Assembly (NCBI GenBank): GCA_001799615.1
Contig: MGTU01000008.1
Span: forward strand, 194,749 to 258,748
Direction of reading: 5' to 3'
DNA length: 64,000 nucleotides
From: Elusimicrobia bacterium GWA2_61_42
Lineage (GTDB): Bacteria; Elusimicrobiota; Elusimicrobia; Elusimicrobiales; UBA9959
Part shown: positions 18,650 through 26,868 of the stretch, in pieces
Layout: the number at the start of each line of letters is the position of its first letter
Numbering within the stretch: position 1 is the stretch's first letter
Made by a program: the position numbers and the translations under genes
Notes under the pieces: generated by a model
Databases searched by the model: none
The model's input: the letters and a program-made list of their open reading frames with translations, nothing else
What the model was told of the DNA's origin: nothing

Positions 18650-19099
18650 ATGAGCTCACTTTACGGAGAATACGCTTACGTGATGGACGCGAAAGGCCGC
18701 GTCTTCGTCCCGTCGCGTTTTCGCGACGAGCTCCTCAAGGAAGACAAGAATTACTTCATGCTCAGCATCGGCCTGGACCGCTGCCTCTACATTTTTCTGC
18801 CGTCGAAGTGGGAAGAACTCCTCGCCAACAATATGGCGATCTTCAAGTCCGACAACAAAGAAGAGGAAAGGGCCTTCAAGCGCTTCTTCTTCAGCAACGC
18901 GTCGGAAGCCCACGTGGACCAGCAGGGAAGGATCTTAGTGCCGCAAAATCAGAAAGCGTATGCTTCTCTCAAGAAGGACATCCTGATAAACGGCGTGGGG
19001 AATAAGGCTGAAATATGGGATGCGCAGGCTTGGAAAAAGTACAAAAAAGACGTAATGGAACCCTCGTTCGAAAAATTCAGCAAGATAGTCGACCTATGA
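18650..19099 (+). CDS. mraZ: Transcriptional regulator MraZ
   Basis: 149 aa. Two SpoVT/AbrB-like halves (YVMDAKGRVFVPSRFR ... VDQQGRILVPQNQK). Confidence 0.95.
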   Translation: MSSLYGEYAYVMDAKGRVFVPSRFRDELLKEDKNYFMLSIGLDRCLYIFLPSKWEELLANNMAIFKSDNKEEERAFKRFFFSNASEAHVDQQGRILVPQNQKAYASLKKDILINGVGNKAEIWDAQAWKKYKKDVMEPSFEKFSKIVDL

Positions 19100-19980
19100 C
19101 CGATTACACGCACGTATCGGTACTGGCCGAAGAGACCGTCAACCTGCTGATAACCGAAAAGAAGGGGACCTACGTGGACGCCACCCTCGGGATGGGCGGT
19201 CATACCGCGCGCCTGCTCAACGCCCTGCCTCCCGAAGCGAACGTGCTCGGCATAGACTGGGACCCCGAGATGGCCGGAGTGGCCGCCAATAATCTTAAAC
19301 CCTACGGGGACCGCGTAAAGATAGCCCAGGGCAATTTCGCCAACATCGACGAAATAATAGCCCGCGAAGGCGTAAGGGCCATCTCCGGAGTGCTGTTCGA
19401 CCTGGGGATCTCTTCCCTGCACTTCGACAAGCCCTCCCGCGGCTTCAGCCTGAAGCACGACGGTCCGCTGGACATGCGGATAAACCCGGACAACCCCCTG
19501 ACGGCCTACACCATCATCAACCAGTGGCCCTACGAACAGATAGAGCACCTGATCCGCGTCTGCGGCGAGCGGCATTCGGGGCGCATCACCCGCGCCGTGC
19601 TGGAAGCCCGCAGGGTAAAGCCGCTGGAGACCACGGCGGAACTGAGCGCCCTGATAGAGCGCGTGGCGCCGGCCAGGGGGGAGAAGATCCACCCGGCCAC
19701 CAAGACTTTCCTGGCGCTGCGGGTGGCCGTCAACTACGAATTCGACAATCTCACGCGCGGCATACAGAAGATCATGCCGCTGCTCAAACCGGGGGCGCGG
19801 ATGGGGATCATAACCTTCCACTCCCTGGAGGACCGCATAGTCAAAGAGACGTTCCGCATAATGGCGAAGATGGGCGGGTGGGAACTGGTGACGCGCAAAC
19901 CGGTGAAGCCCTCGGAGGAGGAAGTGTTCTCCAACAAAAGGGCGCGCAGCGCGAAGCTGAGAGTGATAGAAAAACTGTAA
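19096..19980 (+). CDS. rsmH: 16S rRNA (cytosine1402-N4)-methyltransferase RsmH
   Basis: MTDYTHVSVLAEETVNLL...DATLGMGGHT is typical of RsmH. ATGA overlap with the mraZ stop. The longer track ORF (19015) is rejected. Confidence 0.94.
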   Translation: MTDYTHVSVLAEETVNLLITEKKGTYVDATLGMGGHTARLLNALPPEANVLGIDWDPEMAGVAANNLKPYGDRVKIAQGNFANIDEIIAREGVRAISGVLFDLGISSLHFDKPSRGFSLKHDGPLDMRINPDNPLTAYTIINQWPYEQIEHLIRVCGERHSGRITRAVLEARRVKPLETTAELSALIERVAPARGEKIHPATKTFLALRVAVNYEFDNLTRGIQKIMPLLKPGARMGIITFHSLEDRIVKETFRIMAKMGGWELVTRKPVKPSEEEVFSNKRARSAKLRVIEKL

Positions 19981-19997
19981 GGGGTTAAGGAGGCGTT

Positions 19998-20168
19998 ATG
20001 TATCCTGAAAACATCCTTAGGGCGGGCGCGAAGTTCAACAAGCTGCTGACGGGCAGGGCGACGAGGACCAAGTTCAACGGCCTGAAGTCGGCCATGTCTC
20101 CCACCAAGATATTCTACCTCTGGGAGAAGCACGGCATAAAGCGCATCGAACTGTTCAGCATGGAATAA
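19998..20168 (+). CDS. Unannotated 56-aa basic protein between rsmH and ftsL
   Basis: Hand-translated: MYPENILRAGAKFNKLLTGRATRTKFNGLKSAMSPTKIFYLWEKHGIKRIELFSME. Strong SD AAGGAGG at 19987-19993, 4 nt before the ATG. GC3-rich codons like the neighbouring genes. Below the track length cutoff. Confidence 0.55.
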   Translation: MYPENILRAGAKFNKLLTGRATRTKFNGLKSAMSPTKIFYLWEKHGIKRIELFSME

Positions 20169-20193
20169 CTTCTATAAGAAAGGCAACACGTAT

Positions 20194-20529
20194 ATGCTCA
20201 AGAAGACGAGGAACCTGAGATTGGCGGCGCTTATCGGTATCTGCGCGGTATTCTTCCTGTTCGCGTGGGAGAACGTGCAGGCGGTAAGGCTCGGCTACAC
20301 CATTGAAAAACTTCGCCGGGAAATTAAAGATCTGGAAAGCGCCAATACCTACCTGAAAAAGGAAATTCAGACTTCCCTGTCGCCGGAAAAACTGGAGACC
20401 GAGGCCGCCAAGCTCGGCATGGTTTACCCGGAGCCCGGCGCCGTAGTGCTTCTGGACGGCGCGCCGGCGGTTAAAAAAGAAGGGCGGGGCTGGCTGGCGA
20501 AGCTGTTTCGCATAAACAAAGCTTCCTAA
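20194..20529 (+). CDS. ftsL: Cell division protein FtsL
   Basis: 111 aa. Single TM segment (LAALIGICAVFFLFAW) followed by a coiled-coil (IEKLRREIKDLESANTYLKKEI). In the canonical position. Confidence 0.85.
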   Translation: MLKKTRNLRLAALIGICAVFFLFAWENVQAVRLGYTIEKLRREIKDLESANTYLKKEIQTSLSPEKLETEAAKLGMVYPEPGAVVLLDGAPAVKKEGRGWLAKLFRINKAS

Positions 20530-20689
20530 ACCTCCTCCGCCGGGCCGGCCGCGGCCAGTACGGCGCAGCCATCGGCCAATACCCGCAAGGGTGAGAGGTG
20601 CTTGATGGCGGAAATAAAAGACTTCAGAAAGCTGTTCGACAGGATCCCCGTGCTCGGGGAAACCGGCTTCGGCAGTATCGCGGCCGCCC

Positions 20690-22414
20690 ATGATAGCCAA
20701 AAACTTAAGAACAAGAATTCATATCTGCGCCTTCGCGGCCGGCATTCCGGCTTTGATGATTGGCGCGCGCCTGTTCTGGCTGCAGACCGTCAGGCACGAA
20801 AACCTGTCGGCGACCGCTTCTAAGGAATTCAACAGGACCGTTTCCGAAATAGGCCCCAGGGGCCGCGTTTTCGACTCCGGCGGCGAACTGCTGGCCGAAT
20901 CGATCGTCGCCTGGAACGCGGGGCTGTTCAAGAAAGACCTCCTGGCCGAGGCGGAAGCGACGAAAGACCCGGGCTATCCCGGCCGGGCCGTTTCGCAGCT
21001 GGTCCGGGCCCTTTCCCTGCCCTCCTCCTTCCGCGAGAAATACCGCAAGGGCAAGAACTTCATCCCCGTCAAAAAAAGCCTCGACCGCATCCAGTACGAG
21101 GCGGTAAAGGCCCTCAAGCTCAAAGGGGTGGTGCTGGAGCCCGTGCAGAACCGCTATTACCCGTCCGGGGACCTGGCCCGCAACATTATCGGCGTCACCC
21201 GCGAAGACCGCGGCCTGGCCGGGCTGGAGCTGCTTTACGACAAAGTGCTGACCGGCCACGTGAGCCGCCGGGAAGTGGTGCGCGACGCCGCCGGGCGCGT
21301 GATCTTCCAGGACAAGCAGGAAAAGGAAGCGCGCCCGCGCGACCTGCACCTGACCCTGGACAAGAACATCCAGTTTTTCGCGCAGGAAGCCATCAGGAAG
21401 TCCGTGGAGAAGAACCGGGCCGAATTGGGCATGGCCCTGGTGCAGGACCCGCAGACGGGCCGGATCCTGGCCATGGCCACCTGGCCGCGCGACCTGGAAA
21501 AGATCCAGCCGGTGGAATGGGTCTACGAACCCGGCTCGACGTTCAAATCCATAACCCTGGCCGCGGCGCTGCAAACCGGCACGGTAAGCGAGCGGGACAC
21601 TTTTTATTGCGAGAACGGGGCCTGGGCCTTCAACAGCAAAGTTACCCTGCACGACCACGAACCTGAAAAGACGCTGGACCTGTCGGGGGTCATAGAGCGC
21701 TCTTCCAATATCGGCACGGCCAAGATAGGGCTTAAACTGGGAGTCCAGGAGTTCTACCTTTTTACCAAGGCCTTCGGGTTCGGCGCCAAGTCCGGCCTCG
21801 GCTTCCCCGGGGAGTCGGCGGGCATCCTGCGCCCGCTGGAACGCTTTAAACAGATAGACCTGGCGGTCGGCTCCTACGGCCACGGCATCGCCGCCACGCC
21901 GCTGCAGGTCGTCAACGCCTACTCGGCCCTCGCCAACGGCGGCAAGCTTTTCGAACCGCGCCTGGTGGACCGGGTGACGGAGTTCGAGGGGGAAGAGGTT
22001 TTCCGCAACGAGCCCGTGGTCATCCGCCAGGTGATCAGCCCGGGAGTGGCGGGACGCGTCAAAGGCATACTCAGGAACGTGGTGGAAAAAGGCACGGGCA
22101 AGAACGCCGCCGTGCCGGGCTATTCCATAGCCGGCAAGACCGGCACTTCGAAAAAGATCGACCCGCTCACGGGCAAGTACCTGACGGGAAAGAACGTAGC
22201 GTCCTTCGCCGGATTCTTTCCGGTGCCGGAGCCGCGCTATACCATTCTGGTGGTGCTGGATAATCCGAAAGGCCTGACCTACGGCGGCGAAACGGCGGCG
22301 CCGGCCTTCCAGGAAATAGCCAAAAAGATAATAACGCTCAAAGGCATCGCTCCCGACGCCCCCATGCCGGTTAAACCCGCGCGCCGCGCGCCGGCCCCGC
22401 CGGTTTCGGATTAG
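20690..22414 (+). CDS. ftsI: Peptidoglycan D,D-transpeptidase FtsI (class B PBP)
   Basis: 574 aa. N-terminal TM segment and the transpeptidase motifs STFK, SSN and KTGT. Confidence 0.93.
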   Translation: MIAKNLRTRIHICAFAAGIPALMIGARLFWLQTVRHENLSATASKEFNRTVSEIGPRGRVFDSGGELLAESIVAWNAGLFKKDLLAEAEATKDPGYPGRAVSQLVRALSLPSSFREKYRKGKNFIPVKKSLDRIQYEAVKALKLKGVVLEPVQNRYYPSGDLARNIIGVTREDRGLAGLELLYDKVLTGHVSRREVVRDAAGRVIFQDKQEKEARPRDLHLTLDKNIQFFAQEAIRKSVEKNRAELGMALVQDPQTGRILAMATWPRDLEKIQPVEWVYEPGSTFKSITLAAALQTGTVSERDTFYCENGAWAFNSKVTLHDHEPEKTLDLSGVIERSSNIGTAKIGLKLGVQEFYLFTKAFGFGAKSGLGFPGESAGILRPLERFKQIDLAVGSYGHGIAATPLQVVNAYSALANGGKLFEPRLVDRVTEFEGEEVFRNEPVVIRQVISPGVAGRVKGILRNVVEKGTGKNAAVPGYSIAGKTGTSKKIDPLTGKYLTGKNVASFAGFFPVPEPRYTILVVLDNPKGLTYGGETAAPAFQEIAKKIITLKGIAPDAPMPVKPARRAPAPPVSD

Positions 22415-22460
22415 CGCGGCCGCGTTACAAAAACAGCCCAAAATTTTCTATTATCTAGGA

Positions 22461-23966
22461 ATGAAACTGTCGCTTATCCTGGAAGGCCGGCTGCCCGGCC
22501 GCGGCGCCGCCGATCCGGAGATCTCCTCCATAATCAACGATTCCCGCCTGGCGGCCCCCGGCGCGCTTTTCTTCGCCATGCCGGGCGCAAAGACCGACGG
22601 CGGGCTTTTCATCCGCCAGGCCCTCGAAAAAGGCGCCGCGGCCGTGATCACCGGCACCAGGGCCCCGGACCAAGAGCGGGCGGATTTCCCGCAAGCGGCT
22701 TTCATAGAGGCGCCGGATCTGCACCAGGTCCTTTCAAAGGCGGCCGCTAATTTTTACGGCCACCCCTCCCAAAAGCTGAAAGTCTTCGGCATTACCGGCA
22801 CAAAAGGAAAGACCACGACCGCCTACCTGCTGGAAAGCGTGCTGGCGCGCGCCGGCGCCAGGCCGGGCGTGATCGGCACCATAGATTACCGCGTGGACGG
22901 CCGCGTGCTGGCCCCGGCCGCCAACACCACCCCGTTCGCGCATACCCTGCAGGAGCTGCTGGCAAAGATGCTCTCCGCCCGGGCCGCCGCCGCGGTGCTG
23001 GAAGTGTCGTCGCACGCCCTGGCCCTGGGCCGGGTGGAGGACGTGGCTTTCGACGTGGCCGCGTTCACCAACCTGCAGCGCGACCACCTAGATTTCCACA
23101 AGGACAGGGAAAGCTATTTCCAGGCGAAGGCGCGTCTGTTCGAACTGCTGGAACGCTCGCCTAAAAAAGACAAGTGCGCGGCGATAAACGCGGACGACGA
23201 ACGCGCGCCCTGGCTGCTCAAGCGCCTTAAGAACAAGGTAAGAACGCTGACCTTCGGCATAGAGAACGCCGCCGACTTCCAGGCCTCCGGCGTGCAGGTG
23301 CTGGAAACCATGACCCGCTTCGACCTCAAGACCGGCGGGGAAACCCTGCCCGTAAAGATAAACCTGCTCGGGCGCCACAACATCTACAACGCCCTGGCCG
23401 CCCTGGCCTCGGCAGCGGCGGGGGGCATTCCCCTGCGCACGGCGGTGGAGGGGGTGGAAGCCCTGGCGAACGTGCCCGGGCGCCTCGAGCGGGTGGACCT
23501 GGGCCAGGACTTTACGGTGTTCGTGGATTACGCCCATACCGACGCCGCGCTGGAGAACGTGCTTTCCAACCTGGGGCTGATGCCCCATAACCGGATCATA
23601 ACCGTGTTCGGCTGCGGCGGCGACCGGGACCGCACCAAGCGCGCGCCCATGGGCGCCGTTTCCTGCGGGCTGAGCGACCTGGCCATAGTGACCAGCGACA
23701 ACCCCCGCAGCGAGGCCCCGGCCCAGATCTTCTCCGACATAGAAAAGGGCATAGCGGGCAAATTCACCAACTACGAAGTGATCCCTGACCGCGCCGCGGC
23801 CATCGCTAAAGCCGTGGCGCAGGCCCGCAAAGGCGATATAATCCTGATAGCCGGCAAGGGGCACGAGACCTACCAGATACTCAAGGACGGCACCATACAT
23901 TTCAGCGACGCCGAAGCGGCCGCGGCAGCGATAAAGAAAAGAAACGGCCGGGGAACCGGCGTATAA
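22461..23966 (+). CDS. murE: UDP-N-acetylmuramoyl-L-alanyl-D-glutamate--2,6-diaminopimelate ligase
   Basis: 501 aa. The Mur ligase P-loop GITGTKGKTTT. In the dcw position after ftsI. Confidence 0.93.
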   Translation: MKLSLILEGRLPGRGAADPEISSIINDSRLAAPGALFFAMPGAKTDGGLFIRQALEKGAAAVITGTRAPDQERADFPQAAFIEAPDLHQVLSKAAANFYGHPSQKLKVFGITGTKGKTTTAYLLESVLARAGARPGVIGTIDYRVDGRVLAPAANTTPFAHTLQELLAKMLSARAAAAVLEVSSHALALGRVEDVAFDVAAFTNLQRDHLDFHKDRESYFQAKARLFELLERSPKKDKCAAINADDERAPWLLKRLKNKVRTLTFGIENAADFQASGVQVLETMTRFDLKTGGETLPVKINLLGRHNIYNALAALASAAAGGIPLRTAVEGVEALANVPGRLERVDLGQDFTVFVDYAHTDAALENVLSNLGLMPHNRIITVFGCGGDRDRTKRAPMGAVSCGLSDLAIVTSDNPRSEAPAQIFSDIEKGIAGKFTNYEVIPDRAAAIAKAVAQARKGDIILIAGKGHETYQILKDGTIHFSDAEAAAAAIKKRNGRGTGV

Positions 23967-23978
23967 ACGGGAAAGACC

Positions 23979-25337
23979 ATGAACCTTCAAATAACTCTGG
24001 GGCAGCTGGCCGAAGCGACCGGCGGGAAACTGGTAAAAGGAAAACCGGAAGCGCCTTTTTCCGTTTTTGTCACCGACACCCGCAAGTTAAAAGCGGGAGA
24101 TTTTTTCTGGGCGCTTAAGGGCGCCTCCTACGACGCTCACGACTTCCTGGCGAAAACCCTGCCCCTGGCGGTAGGCGGCTGGCTGGTCCGGGAGGACGCT
24201 CTGGCCGCCCTGAAGGAGCTGCCGCCCGCCGTGGTGGCGGTGAAAGACACGCTGAAAGCCCTGCAGGCGCTGGCGGCCTGGCATCGCCGGCGCTTCGAGA
24301 TCCCGCTTACGGCCATAACCGGGTCCAACGGCAAAAGCACCACCAAGGAAATGCTCAGGAGCATTTTCTCGGCGGAGGGAGAAACCTGCGTTAACCCCGG
24401 CAACCTCAATAACCAGTTCGGCCTGCCGCTTTCCCTGCTGGAACTGACAGCGGCGCACAAGTTCGGCGTGTTCGAGCTGGGCGCTTCGCGCCGGGGGGAT
24501 ATCAGGGAGATAGGCGAGGTGGCCCGCCCCACCTGCGGCATAATCACCAACGTCGGTCCGTCCCACCTGGAGTACTTCGGGGACCTGGAAGCTGTTTTCG
24601 ACACCAAGACGGAGATCGCCGACTGCCTGGCGCCGGGGGGGATACTGGTCTACAACTACGACGACAAGTATCTCTCGCGCCTGAACGGCAGGAAGTTCTC
24701 CAAGCTGACTTTCGGCCGGGACCCCGAGGCCGACGTGCGCATCCTGGAGGGGAAGCGCCTGAAGGTGGAATACGACGGCGTGCTCCTGGAAATAAACCTG
24801 CCGCACGCCGGCGGGCACAATTATTATAACGCGGCGGCCGCGATAGCGGCGGCCATAGCGGCGAAGCTCAGCTTTGCCGCCATCCGCAAAGGCCTTGAGA
24901 ACTATACGCCGCCGCCGATGCGTCTGCAGGAGTTGAATATCGGCGGGGCCACGGTGATCCTGGACGCCTACAACGCCAATCCGCAGTCCATGGCTTCGGC
25001 CCTGAAGGAAATGGGGGATAAGCCCAGGCCGCTCTACCTGATGCTGGGCGACATGAAGGAACTGGGGCAGCATTCGGCGCATTACCATACCGACCTGGGC
25101 GCCGCCCTGGCCCACATGGGCGCTAAAAAAGTCTTTCTGGCCGGCCCCGAGATGAAGGCCGCGGCCGCCGCTTACTGCCGGGCCGGGGGTGACAGCATGG
25201 AATATGGAGAAACCCTGGACGATTGGCTGCCCGAGGCGCGCGCGCTTATCTCCGCGGGCGCGGGCTCCTTCCTGATAAAAGCCTCCCGCTCGCTTAAATT
25301 CGAGCGCATAGTAGAAGGCCTGACGATTAATCCCTGA
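23979..25337 (+). CDS. murF: UDP-N-acetylmuramoyl-tripeptide--D-alanyl-D-alanine ligase
   Basis: 452 aa. AITGSNGKSTTKEM P-loop. Follows murE. Confidence 0.93.
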   Translation: MNLQITLGQLAEATGGKLVKGKPEAPFSVFVTDTRKLKAGDFFWALKGASYDAHDFLAKTLPLAVGGWLVREDALAALKELPPAVVAVKDTLKALQALAAWHRRRFEIPLTAITGSNGKSTTKEMLRSIFSAEGETCVNPGNLNNQFGLPLSLLELTAAHKFGVFELGASRRGDIREIGEVARPTCGIITNVGPSHLEYFGDLEAVFDTKTEIADCLAPGGILVYNYDDKYLSRLNGRKFSKLTFGRDPEADVRILEGKRLKVEYDGVLLEINLPHAGGHNYYNAAAAIAAAIAAKLSFAAIRKGLENYTPPPMRLQELNIGGATVILDAYNANPQSMASALKEMGDKPRPLYLMLGDMKELGQHSAHYHTDLGAALAHMGAKKVFLAGPEMKAAAAAYCRAGGDSMEYGETLDDWLPEARALISAGAGSFLIKASRSLKFERIVEGLTINP

Positions 25338-25359
25338 CGCCGAATTCCGCAAAAAACCT

Positions 25360-25869
25360 ATGAGAAATCTGGCGGCATTCGTATGTATCCTCTCGGCGTT
25401 CGCTGTGTCGGGCTGCAGCCACGATCCCGCGGCTAAGGCTCCGCCCTCCCGCACCGTTTCAGCCCGGACGGAAGCCCCGCCCTGCGTTCCCACCAAAGCC
25501 ATATTGCCAGGGACGGATTTCCTGCCCAGAGTCACCGACGAGGTCCGCACCGCCGCCATTAAAGACCTGCTGACGAAGATAGCCGCCTGCCGGCCCCTCC
25601 CTTATGACCACGACGGGATAGTCTTCGGAAACCGGGAAGGCCTGCTTGAACCGCGGCCCCGGGGCTATTACCGGGAATACACGCTGCCCATCCCGGGCAG
25701 GGATATCGGTGACGCGCCGGTGCCGGTTAACGTCGGCACTCAAACTTTTACCACCGGGGATATCACCAGCCCCCGCGGCCCGGAAAGGCTGGTCATAGGC
25801 GGCGGCGAGCGCATCTTCTATACGCCGGACCATTACGCCCACTTCGTAGAGCTGCGGATAGTCCCCTAG
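25360..25869 (+). CDS. Secreted lipoprotein guanyl-specific ribonuclease (barnase/RNase Sa, N1/T1 superfamily)
   Basis: Lipobox AVSGC. The C-terminal domain PYDHDGIVFGNREGLLEPRPRGYYREYTLP...RGPERLVIGGGERIFYTPDHYAHF aligns by eye with RNase Sa (FQNRESVLP..YYHEYTV..RGTRRII..YYTGDHYATF). The catalytic Glu, Arg and His are all present. Confidence 0.85.
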   Translation: MRNLAAFVCILSAFAVSGCSHDPAAKAPPSRTVSARTEAPPCVPTKAILPGTDFLPRVTDEVRTAAIKDLLTKIAACRPLPYDHDGIVFGNREGLLEPRPRGYYREYTLPIPGRDIGDAPVPVNVGTQTFTTGDITSPRGPERLVIGGGERIFYTPDHYAHFVELRIVP

Positions 25870-25910
25870 TCTGGCTTTTCGGATTTCAGGCAGGCCGCCG
25901 CGGAGTAAGG

Positions 25911-26804
25911 CTAAGAGCAGTAAAGGTCCTGCTCGGCGAAGGAATTGCGGCGTATTTTATAATCGTTCCTCAGGGAGAGGACCGTTTTGGGCAGCGTTCT
26001 GCCGTCCGTCTTGCGGTGGTATGCGGCGAAAGAGAGCACTGGTTTGTGCCTGCTTATCAGCCTGCCTGCGCCTTTCAGGACTTCCTCTTCATAACCTTCC
26101 ACGTCTATCTTTATAAAATCCACGCGGCCCCTGACCAGGGCGTCCAGCGGCGCCAGTTTTACCAGGCGCACTCCCGAATAGCGCACGCCGCGGTTGACCG
26201 CGGTCCCCGGGCATTCTATCATCGAGGCCCCGCCGCCGCACGGCGCCAGTTTCAGCGCAGCCGTTGCCGCGCGCGCGCCTAGGGCCGCGTTCACGGCCCT
26301 GACCCTGCCGCCGGCCCGGTTAAGCGCGAGGTTGCCGCCCAGCATGTTAAAAGTTTCACTTACGGCCTCGAAGGCGTATACTTTTTTAGCGCCGAGCGCC
26401 AGGGCGTACAGCGTGAAGACGCCGATGTTCGCGCCGGCGTCTACGACGATCCCGTCCCTGACGGCGCCCGCGTCGTACTGGTCACGGACGATCACGCAGT
26501 TGATATCGTTGACAAAATTGCCCAGGTCGGGCGGCACGCGGAAAAAGAGCGGCCTTTTACCCTCCAGCCTTATCTCGGCCCCGACCGGCGCGAAGCCCAG
26601 TATTTTTTCCAAGACCCAGTCGCAGAGGCTTTTTGACAGTCCCGTGCCGCGGGAAAAAGCGGTTTTTTTCGAAAGCCGCGGCAGGTCTTCCCTTACCCTC
26701 AGCGCGGCCGCGAGTTCCGCGCCGCCCAGTTCGCCCGTCTGCCCGGCGGCTCCCGAGAATAAAAGCCTTATCCGCCGGCCATGCCTGTTCTTTATCCCTG
26801 TCAT
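25911..26804 (-). CDS. FkbM-family SAM-dependent methyltransferase
   Basis: 297 aa. VVDAGANIGVFTLYALALGAKKVYAFE SAM motif, and ...IDFIKIDVEGYEEEVLKG, which is typical of FkbM. Confidence 0.85.
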   Translation of the reverse strand: MTGIKNRHGRRIRLLFSGAAGQTGELGGAELAAALRVREDLPRLSKKTAFSRGTGLSKSLCDWVLEKILGFAPVGAEIRLEGKRPLFFRVPPDLGNFVNDINCVIVRDQYDAGAVRDGIVVDAGANIGVFTLYALALGAKKVYAFEAVSETFNMLGGNLALNRAGGRVRAVNAALGARAATAALKLAPCGGGASMIECPGTAVNRGVRYSGVRLVKLAPLDALVRGRVDFIKIDVEGYEEEVLKGAGRLISRHKPVLSFAAYHRKTDGRTLPKTVLSLRNDYKIRRNSFAEQDLYCS

Positions 26805-26868
26805 TTAAATGATTATAACATGTATGCTGCCGGGCGGGCCGCAGCGGCCGGAGCGGAGTTAAGGGCGG

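Noticed and set aside
20602-20823. A 73-codon ORF (ATG 20605 with GAGAGG upstream) in the ftsL-ftsI gap, running 134 nt into ftsI in another frame.
   Set aside because: Most of it overlaps the well-supported FtsI N-terminus (TM segment plus RLFWLQ). The overlapping part translates to Arg-rich junk. Only the first roughly 28 codons are free-standing, and that is not enough evidence.
25459-25842. The antisense 127-aa ORF inside the ribonuclease gene, considered as a possible immunity or inhibitor gene.
   Set aside because: It is fully embedded antisense to a conserved catalytic domain. Its composition is Gly/Arg/Pro-rich, with no barstar-like acidic helix pattern and no SD.
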